Shown: positions 57,901-64,000 of the stretch, one piece after another
Position numbering within the stretch: the stretch's first letter is position 1
How the letters are laid out: every line of letters starts with the position of its first letter
Assembly: GCA_045805205.1 (NCBI GenBank)
Contig: JBJMLR010000010.1
Span: 263,388 to 327,387 of the forward strand
Reading direction: 5' to 3'
DNA from: Bacteroidia bacterium
Lineage (GTDB): Bacteria > Bacteroidota > Bacteroidia > 2-12-FULL-35-15
DNA length: 64,000 nucleotides
The notes under the pieces: generated by a model
Seen by the model: the letters and a program-made list of their open reading frames with translations, nothing else
Told to the model about the DNA's origin: nothing
The model's database searches: none
Translations under genes and position numbers: made by a program

Positions 57901-58180
57901 CGCAGGTATCGATGTTGGGAGGCACGGAAAGAGCACCCGGGAAAGGGATGACAATATTCGGCATGGAAACGGATCCGCAACTGCGTCTTACCAGGATAGT
58001 AACACTGGCGGGGAATGCAACGCTGCTCGGCTTGCAATCGCGGTACAAATGCAGCGTTACGCGATAGGTCGAGCCGCCGAGCTGTTCGTAAGTAAGAGAG
58101 CCCCCTACGATGTGCGATGCTTTTGAAATGAAAGGCAGAAGAGAGAATAAAATGATCAGGAGTAAAAATCTATTCTTCAT
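54998..58180 (-). CDS. PKD-repeat surface protein with T9SS type B CTD
   Basis: ASHIVGG..YRDC N-terminus; WNFGDG repeats; VPSGFSPNGDGEND..IYNNWGE..WDG..GDVTLLR. Confidence 0.92.
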   Translation of the reverse strand: MKNRFLLLIILFSLLPFISKASHIVGGSLTYEQLGGSTYRVTLHLYRDCKPSSVAFPASVTILVRRSCGSVSMPNIVIPFPGALSVPPNIDTCAVNPGICLEEATYTKVVSGLPPTPGGYDLYFQYCCRNSSILNITAPASAGDCWYAHIPDNGVVIANSSPKWVKPPPVFVCQGLNMTVDHSATDSDGDSLVYSLYTPYTDVPAVSWPGCVFTAPTVTWSSTYGANNPLDPAIPGSLTITSAGILHGIPPTIGQFVAGVRCEEFRNGTKIGEILRDFQFNVVNCPPLAVASFGYGGACSGTTINFSNTTTPAANTYLWNFGDGSPTTTVTSPSHTYPALGTYVVTLIINSGTPCADTAIQTLNISTLTADFLNDAPQCKGIPVNFTDTSTVASSDMITGWNWNFGDGFTSTLQNPSHTYGAGGAFNVQLIITSAGGCKDTTVYTVNIQGLPIANAGNDTISCTNNPTITLGGTVLNAGGGQWIGSAGSLFSPGSTTLNATYTPSAGAVAAGADTLILYTTSNALCPADTDQVVISFYSGPTANAGSDIFVCKDTASVPVCASVTVASGGQWYTTGTGTFVSPTSLCTNYIPSSADTSAGTVMLYLSTTGNGSCLASNDTTVVTFTSTPVAVITSGNSACASNPVAINSMSTTGDGIWTTSGSGTFSPSDTTLSGSYLPSPGDDAAGNVMLIFTSTNNGGCRSNADTINITLIPSPVAVFSAVSACPQDTVAFTDASTTSVGTVVSWNWNFGDSGTSSLQDPDHVYGTGGPYNVQLIVTSSNGCVDTLNQTVNVFDKPVANFNANGICLDDGTIYTDMSTVGGGATISTWSWTFGDGSSNSSIQNPVHNFPAAGTYNSMLIVTSSQGCIDTITQAVSVLPGPTAAFAVDKPIGNVNQQINFTDQSTNAPVSWFWDFGDSSADSTSTVQNPSHVYGAGGFYDVCLYITDVNGCTDTICRTEIISMPPTVPSGFSPNGDGENDMFYVYGGPFKKLEFRIYNNWGELIFETDDATDCGGHTCAGWDGKRKGVEQAIGVYVYTVVGVTQDDKETKLSGDVTLLR

Positions 58181-58408
58181 TCAGTTTAATTGTTTAGCAT
58201 TAGTAAGTCTTTAATGAATTGTAAAAATATGAAAAAAATTCGTTTCTCAAATTTTTATCTTCGAAAATGTCTTATTAATGATAAAAAAGCTTAGTTTTGA
58301 CTAAACTTATTTGCAATCAGGCATGAGAAAGCCATATGCCCTTGCTCCGGAATAAATGGTCATATGGCGTATCCCATGTGACCTTGAATTTATTGAAATA
58401 AAGAACAC

Positions 58409-60919
58409 ATGAAAAGACTACTACTTACTTTTTCTACCCTCTCTTTCTCTCTTTTTACCGTTTACTCCCAGGTGAACATCCAATGGCAAACCCGCTATTC
58501 CAGTGCCGGAGCCAATGTTGACCGCGCCGAGGATCTTTTTCTCGATGCTGCCGGAAATACCTACGTCACAGGTTTGGGGCGCGGTGCAAGCGGAAATTTC
58601 GATTATGTTACGATCAAATATGACCCGGCCGGAGTACAGGTTTGGCGCTCCGAATATAATGGTCCCGGTAGCAGTCTCGATGAAGCGCACGCCATCACTG
58701 TCGATGGATCCGGAAACGTTTACGTAACCGGCTGGAGCTACGGCGGATCAGGTACTGGGTATGATTATGCCACCGTAAAATACAATTCAGCCGGCGTTCA
58801 GCAGTGGGCATCCCGCTACACTAACGTTGCAGGGGGAACCGATGAAGCGTGGGATATAAGTGTCGATAATGCAGGCGATGTTTTTGTGACCGGAAGCAGT
58901 GACGGAGCAGGAACAAACAGCGCGGCGACAACTGTACGTTATAATTCTGCCGGAGTTCAGCAATGGGCCATGCGCTTTGACGGCGCCGGCGGTGATATCG
59001 ATGCAGGCTATGGCATCTGGGTGGATCCTGCAACCGGGATCTCTTACGTGACCGGCTACACATATCGCAGTACTGCACAGGATTTTAATTTCATTACGAT
59101 CAAATACAATCTTGCCGGCGCACAGCAGTGGGCAACCGAATATAACAGCACCGATTCAAAATACGATGAAGCACATGCGATCACCGTTGATGCATCCGGA
59201 AACGTTTACGTAACAGGCATCAGCCAGAGAGCAGTATTAACGAATTATGACTATGCAACGGTGAAATATAACTCAACCGGCGTACAGCAATGGGCAATGC
59301 GATACAACGGAGCCGGTAACGATTACGACCGCGCTAATGCCATCACGCTGGATGGCTCCGGAAATGTGATCGTAACAGGAAGAAGCGTTGGAGCCGGAGC
59401 CGCAGCCGAAGATGCAGTGACACTGGAATACAATAACTCCGGTACGTTCCAGTGGGAAGCCCGCTACAACGGCCCGGCCAACGGATATGACGAAGGAAAA
59501 GCGGTGACCACCGACGCCGGCGGAAATATATACATTACCGGTTACAGCTTTGTGACCGGCGCAAACAATGACTATCTCACGATCAAGTATAACGCTGCCG
59601 GAGCGCAGCAGTGGCTCACCAGCTACAACGGCACAGGTAACAATGCTGACCAGGCTGCAGCGATCGCAGTTGACGGGATCGGGAACGTGTTCATCACAGG
59701 GCTCAGCAAGGGAGCCGGTTCGCTGGAAGATTATGAAACGATCAAGTATTGTCAGCTTACTTCCAATGCGGGCAACGATACGACCATCTGTAACGGTGCA
59801 TCTTTCCAGCTGAATGCTTCTGCACCCGGAGCTGTCAGCTATGCCTGGACCCCTTCAACAGGATTGAGCTCTCCGACCATCGCTAACCCGATCGCAAGTC
59901 CAACGACAACCACAACCTATGTTGTCAATATCACCAACGGTTCCGGCTGTGTTGATGCAGATACCGTTGTAGTTACTGTATTACCGCTGCCTTCACCGGG
60001 AATCACCGCCAGCGGTCCGACCTCTTTCTGCATCGGCGGCTCTGTAACACTTACATCTGCCGCTGCCGCTTCTTACCAGTGGAGCTCTTCACCAACGGAT
60101 ACACTGCAGTCGATCACGGTTTCAGCTGCAGGGACATATACTGTTACTGTTGACAATGGCGCCGGCTGCACTGCAACCGCTTCACAGGTGGTCACGATCG
60201 TCAGCTTGCCTCCGATCAACGCGGGGCCTGATGACAGCACTTGTCTCAGCATAAATGCCAACCTGATGGCGAGCGGAGGTATTTCTTACATTTGGCACCC
60301 GGGCGCAACACTTAGCGATTCAACCATCGCAAATCCTGTTGCGGGCCCGACTTCCACAACTACTTATTGGGTCGTGGGAACTGCATCGGGTGGCTGCTCG
60401 AATACCGATACGGTAACGATCACCGTTCTCGGTAATCCATCTCTTCCAACGATTGTAAAAGGCGGTGACACGCTTTATTGCACACCTGCAACATATACAT
60501 CTTACCAGTGGTATCTCGGCGGATCGCCAATTGCCGGCGCCAACGGATCATATTATAACTATACAACGAATGGAACGTATTATGTCCAGGTATTCAACGC
60601 TCTTGGATGTTCATCATCTTCTGCAAGCGTTGTTGTGAACGACGTCGGAATTTCAGAATTCAGCAATGGCTCCCGGATGAATGTATATCCGAATCCTTCT
60701 TCCGGAGATCTTACACTTGATCTTGATATGAAAGCGCCTGTTGAGATGAAGCTGAGCATTATGAATATTTCCGGACAGGTGATCTGGTCCGAAGAAATTG
60801 CCGCAGCTGCAGGAAATAATAAGAAGCAGATCGATCTCAGCGGTTTCGCCGACGGAATGTATTACCTGCGCGTGATCAGCAACGACGAAAGCATCAGCAG
60901 GAAGATCGTAAAACAATAG
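58409..60919 (+). CDS. SBBP beta-propeller repeat protein with Ig-like domains and T9SS type A CTD
   Basis: About 8 repeats of VD.SGNVYVTG..DY.T.KYN..G.QQW; YPNPSSG..RKIVKQ. Confidence 0.9.
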   Translation: MKRLLLTFSTLSFSLFTVYSQVNIQWQTRYSSAGANVDRAEDLFLDAAGNTYVTGLGRGASGNFDYVTIKYDPAGVQVWRSEYNGPGSSLDEAHAITVDGSGNVYVTGWSYGGSGTGYDYATVKYNSAGVQQWASRYTNVAGGTDEAWDISVDNAGDVFVTGSSDGAGTNSAATTVRYNSAGVQQWAMRFDGAGGDIDAGYGIWVDPATGISYVTGYTYRSTAQDFNFITIKYNLAGAQQWATEYNSTDSKYDEAHAITVDASGNVYVTGISQRAVLTNYDYATVKYNSTGVQQWAMRYNGAGNDYDRANAITLDGSGNVIVTGRSVGAGAAAEDAVTLEYNNSGTFQWEARYNGPANGYDEGKAVTTDAGGNIYITGYSFVTGANNDYLTIKYNAAGAQQWLTSYNGTGNNADQAAAIAVDGIGNVFITGLSKGAGSLEDYETIKYCQLTSNAGNDTTICNGASFQLNASAPGAVSYAWTPSTGLSSPTIANPIASPTTTTTYVVNITNGSGCVDADTVVVTVLPLPSPGITASGPTSFCIGGSVTLTSAAAASYQWSSSPTDTLQSITVSAAGTYTVTVDNGAGCTATASQVVTIVSLPPINAGPDDSTCLSINANLMASGGISYIWHPGATLSDSTIANPVAGPTSTTTYWVVGTASGGCSNTDTVTITVLGNPSLPTIVKGGDTLYCTPATYTSYQWYLGGSPIAGANGSYYNYTTNGTYYVQVFNALGCSSSSASVVVNDVGISEFSNGSRMNVYPNPSSGDLTLDLDMKAPVEMKLSIMNISGQVIWSEEIAAAAGNNKKQIDLSGFADGMYYLRVISNDESISRKIVKQ

Positions 60920-60946
60920 TTCAAACAGATCTTTAAAACAAACAAT

Positions 60947-60976
60947 GAGAGGAGCCGATGGCTCCTTTCTCGTTTT
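60947..60976 (+). terminator. Rho-independent terminator
   Basis: GAGAGGAGCC-GAT-GGCTCCTTTCTC followed by GTTTT. Confidence 0.65.
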
Positions 60977-61002
60977 AATTAAACCGCCGGATTATTTATT
61001 CA

Positions 61003-61572
61003 GTGAAAAAAAAGTTCATTATCGGTTTTCTTTTGTGCAGATGCTGTGCTTTTGCTCAGGATGAGCTGCTCGTGGAAAAGAGCATAACAGATCCGGTCGA
61101 CTCACTTGCAATTGCGCAGGAAAAGGTCATTGCAGCGGAATATTGGTTAGGCCTTGCTGTAACGGATACAAAAATAATTCTCGATAAAAAGATGGTTGAA
61201 TATGTCGCCCAGATATCGAATGTTTACAGGATCGAAGATTACTACAAAGCCCGCCTGAAGAAGGCTGAAAAATTCGTTTCGAAAAGAAGCGGTGATCAAC
61301 GGCCGGGTTCAATAATCAATAAGCTTTACCCGGCGATCGATACGGTTGTACTCAGCTGTGATTCAGTTGATCATATCTTGCACAGGGCAGAGGAATATTT
61401 CCTGCAGCCGGATGACATGGCCGGAAATAAGCAAAAGGCATTCGAAATGATCAGGCAATCTGCGGAAATGTATGAAGACATTCTTAAGCGGACAGCTGCG
61501 ATCAAGAAAATGCTGATCGCTGCGATGGCGGTTCTTTCCGAACCTCCGAAGGTTATACTGCCTCGGAAATAA
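61003..61572 (+). CDS. Hypothetical exported helical protein
   Basis: GTG start, signal-like MKKKFIIGFLL..AFAQ; fills the gap between known genes. Confidence 0.6.
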   Translation: MKKKFIIGFLLCRCCAFAQDELLVEKSITDPVDSLAIAQEKVIAAEYWLGLAVTDTKIILDKKMVEYVAQISNVYRIEDYYKARLKKAEKFVSKRSGDQRPGSIINKLYPAIDTVVLSCDSVDHILHRAEEYFLQPDDMAGNKQKAFEMIRQSAEMYEDILKRTAAIKKMLIAAMAVLSEPPKVILPRK

Positions 61573-62176
61573 CTTCCTTCACATCGGGGATCATCCGCTT
61601 CAGCAATCCTTCAATTCCCGCCTTCAATGTAACAGTTGATGAAGGACATCCGCTGCAGGCTCCGCGCAATTGTACGGTTACAATTCCATCGTTATAGCCC
61701 CGGAAAGTGATGCTTCCTCCGTCGCCTTCAACGGCCGGACGAATGTATTGTTCAAGGATCTCGATAATCTTCACTTCGATCTCATTTGCAGGAGCTTTAT
61801 GCTCTGTAAACACTTCCTTTGTTTTTGAAAATGTGTTATCAACTGCTACCTCTGTTTTTGGCAGCTCAGTGATCACCGGTTTGCCTTCCGTAAGCCAGAT
61901 CCGGATAAAATTGCGGATCTCCAGCGTTATTTCATCCCACTGAACGCTATCCGTCTTCGTGATGGTAACGAAATTCGCTGCCATAAAAACGGCTTTCACG
62001 AAAGGGAATTCAAACAGCTGTGCAGCAAGCGGTGATCCTTTGGTCTCCGCTTTCGACAAGTATTGTGCAGTTGCTCCTTCGTGAACCATCAGTTGGTTTG
62101 CAACGAATTTCATAGAAGCGGGATTAGGCGTACTTTCTGCGTATATGATGATTGGCTTTTTTACAAGTGTGTCCAT
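61553..62176 (-). CDS. nfuA: NifU/Nfu-type Fe-S carrier (Nfu_N plus NifU-C)
   Basis: ESTPNPASMKF; IRPAVEGDGG; GACSGCPSSTVTLKAGIE. Confidence 0.9.
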   Translation of the reverse strand: MDTLVKKPIIIYAESTPNPASMKFVANQLMVHEGATAQYLSKAETKGSPLAAQLFEFPFVKAVFMAANFVTITKTDSVQWDEITLEIRNFIRIWLTEGKPVITELPKTEVAVDNTFSKTKEVFTEHKAPANEIEVKIIEILEQYIRPAVEGDGGSITFRGYNDGIVTVQLRGACSGCPSSTVTLKAGIEGLLKRMIPDVKEVISEAV

Positions 62177-62229
62177 CTTTTTCTGTAATTTTGAATTGCA
62201 AAGGTACTTAAAAAATAATTCAGATCTTT

Positions 62230-62299
62230 TTTCCCGCAGAGGCGCAGAGTCTGTTAGCCTGGATTTTTTTCTCTGCGCTCTCCGCGCCTCTGCGAGAAA
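62230..62299. repeat. Short palindromic (REP/MITE-like) element built from CGCAGAG units
   Basis: CGCAGAGGCGC 62235-62245 is inverted relative to GCGCCTCTGCG 62284-62294; extra CTCTGCG copies. Confidence 0.65.
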
Positions 62300-62349
62300 T
62301 AACGCATACAGATTAAGAAGCGCCTGCTCTGCGCTTTCTTCGTCTCTGC

Positions 62350-63918
62350 ATGATACAACAAAATTTGAAAAGAAAAGTTGACTTCCTGATCATCGGTTCC
62401 GGGATCGCCGGACTGAGTTATGCGCTCAAGGTGGCGCAGCATGGCAAAGTGTGTATGATCACCAAAGCGAGTGAGGACGAAAGCAATACCAAATACGCGC
62501 AAGGCGGGATCGCAGCGGTGATGTACAGCCCGGATAGCTATCAGAAGCACATCGAGGATACGCTGATCGCAGGAGATGGGATCTGCGATGAAGAGGTCGT
62601 GAGGATGGTGATAACCGAATCAACGGAGCGGGTGAATGAGCTGATCGCCTGGGGTGCAAAATTCGATAAAACGGAGAATGGTGAATTTGACCTTGCCAGG
62701 GAGGGCGGGCATTCGGAGCACAGGATCCTGCATCATAAGGACAATACCGGCTTTGAAATTGAACGAGCTTTGCTTTCAGCGGTCCATAAGCATCCTGACA
62801 TCGAAATTCTCGATCATCATTTCGCGATCGATATTCTTACGCAGCACCATCTCGGAAAGGAAGTAAACAGCCGTACTCCGGATATAGAATGTTACGGCGC
62901 TTATGTGCTGAACTTAAGAAGCAATAAAATTGAAACGGTTCTTGCGAAAACGATCCTGATGGCAACCGGCGGCGCGGGACATGTATACAGTACAACCACC
63001 AATCCGACGATCGCTACCGGCGATGGTGTTGCAATGGTGTATCGTGCGAAGGGACAGGTGGAAGGAATGGAGTTCTACCAATTCCACCCGACATCATTGT
63101 ATAATCCGGCGGACAGTCCGTCCTTTCTTATTTCAGAAGCCGTCAGAGGTTTTGGCGGCGTTCTGAAAACACTCGATGGCGAAGAGTTCATGCATAAATA
63201 TGATGCGCGGAAATCACTGGCGCCGCGCGATATTGTTGCGCGTGCCATCGACAATGAAATGAAGATCCGCGGAGAGGATTATGTTTTGCTGGATTGTCGT
63301 CACCTTGATAAAGAAGAACTGGTCAAGCACTTTCCGAACATTCACAAAAAATGTATGAGCATCGGGATCGATATTACAAAAGATTGTATTCCCGTAGTTC
63401 CGGCAGCGCATTACATGTGCGGCGGGATCAAGGTAGACCGGGAGGGAAGGAGCTCGATCGGCCGCTTGTATGCGATCGGGGAATGTTCTTCAACCGGCCT
63501 GCATGGAGCAAACCGCCTTGCATCGAATTCGCTCCTGGAAGCCATTGTGTATTCCCATCACGCAGCAATGGATGCGATCGGAAAGGTAAGCGCCATTGGT
63601 TACTGTGAATCCATACCTGACTGGAATGCGGAAGGAACCGCTCACCCGGAAGAAATGATCCTGCTGATCCAAACGCTCCGTGAAGTGCAGGCGATCATGA
63701 GTAATTATGTCGGGATCGTACGTTCTGAATTGCGCTTACAGCGTGCGTTTGACCGGCTGGAGATCCTTTACAAAGAGAATGAAGCCTTGTATCTTAAGAC
63801 AACCATTTCACCTAAATTGTGCGAGTTGCGCAACCTGATCAATGTAGCGTACATCATTATCAAGCATGCAAGGAAGAGGAAAGAAAGCAGGGGATTGCAT
63901 TACATGGTGAATTACTGA
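62350..63918 (+). CDS. nadB: L-aspartate oxidase
   Basis: IGSGIAGL, YAQGGIAAV, EGGHS..RILH, QFHPT, PAAHYMCGG, GLHGANRLASNSLLE, ESRGLHY. Confidence 0.96.
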   Translation: MIQQNLKRKVDFLIIGSGIAGLSYALKVAQHGKVCMITKASEDESNTKYAQGGIAAVMYSPDSYQKHIEDTLIAGDGICDEEVVRMVITESTERVNELIAWGAKFDKTENGEFDLAREGGHSEHRILHHKDNTGFEIERALLSAVHKHPDIEILDHHFAIDILTQHHLGKEVNSRTPDIECYGAYVLNLRSNKIETVLAKTILMATGGAGHVYSTTTNPTIATGDGVAMVYRAKGQVEGMEFYQFHPTSLYNPADSPSFLISEAVRGFGGVLKTLDGEEFMHKYDARKSLAPRDIVARAIDNEMKIRGEDYVLLDCRHLDKEELVKHFPNIHKKCMSIGIDITKDCIPVVPAAHYMCGGIKVDREGRSSIGRLYAIGECSSTGLHGANRLASNSLLEAIVYSHHAAMDAIGKVSAIGYCESIPDWNAEGTAHPEEMILLIQTLREVQAIMSNYVGIVRSELRLQRAFDRLEILYKENEALYLKTTISPKLCELRNLINVAYIIIKHARKRKESRGLHYMVNY

Positions 63919-63936
63919 TATAGGGATAAAAATCAA

Positions 63937-63984
63937 ACGAATTTTACGAATCTGTGTTTTCTGTGCTGCGTATGAATGGAACGC
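63937..63984 (+). repeat. Second copy of the ACGAAT-associated 41-bp element
   Basis: 63944-63984 matches 37889-37929 at 38 of 41 positions. Confidence 0.8.
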
Positions 63985-64000
63985 GCTCGCCTTTGTGAAG

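Noticed and set aside
51883-58180. Type B cargo + PorP/SprF + PorE-like cassette as a novel system
   Set aside because: This is an established T9SS gene arrangement.
535-63672. Numerous 60-220 aa ORFs nested in or antisense to long genes
   Set aside because: Shadow ORFs without motifs, fully overlapping well-supported CDSs.

Overview
Chromosomal window from a Bacteroidota bacterium, judged from TAnnTTTG promoters, many type IX secretion (T9SS) cargo genes, a PorP/SprF + PorE-like cassette and TonB receptors. Housekeeping genes include thiL, sufA-sufBCD, ispG, nfuA and nadB. There is also a membrane glycosylation cluster and a LytS/LytTR two-component system. No rRNA, tRNA, CRISPR array, integrase or transposase was seen. 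The main unexplained signal is in 7.6-12 kb: three long minus-strand RNA hairpins share the apex ACAU-GGGG-AUGU-UGUU and show compensatory and G-U changes in their stems. They sit around an uncharacterised helical-repeat protein (with repeated AGTATACAnGTC boxes), an unannotated 41-aa membrane peptide and phased LytTR-type repeats. Sequences complementary to the hairpin apex lie just upstream of several T9SS cargo start codons. A second candidate system is an AT-richer, recombination-scarred cassette array at 45.9-50 kb: a fibre protein with a chaperone-like C-terminus, a broken secreted protein and three related lipoproteins, resembling a polymorphic effector/immunity locus. All calls are from reading the sequence; no searches were run.
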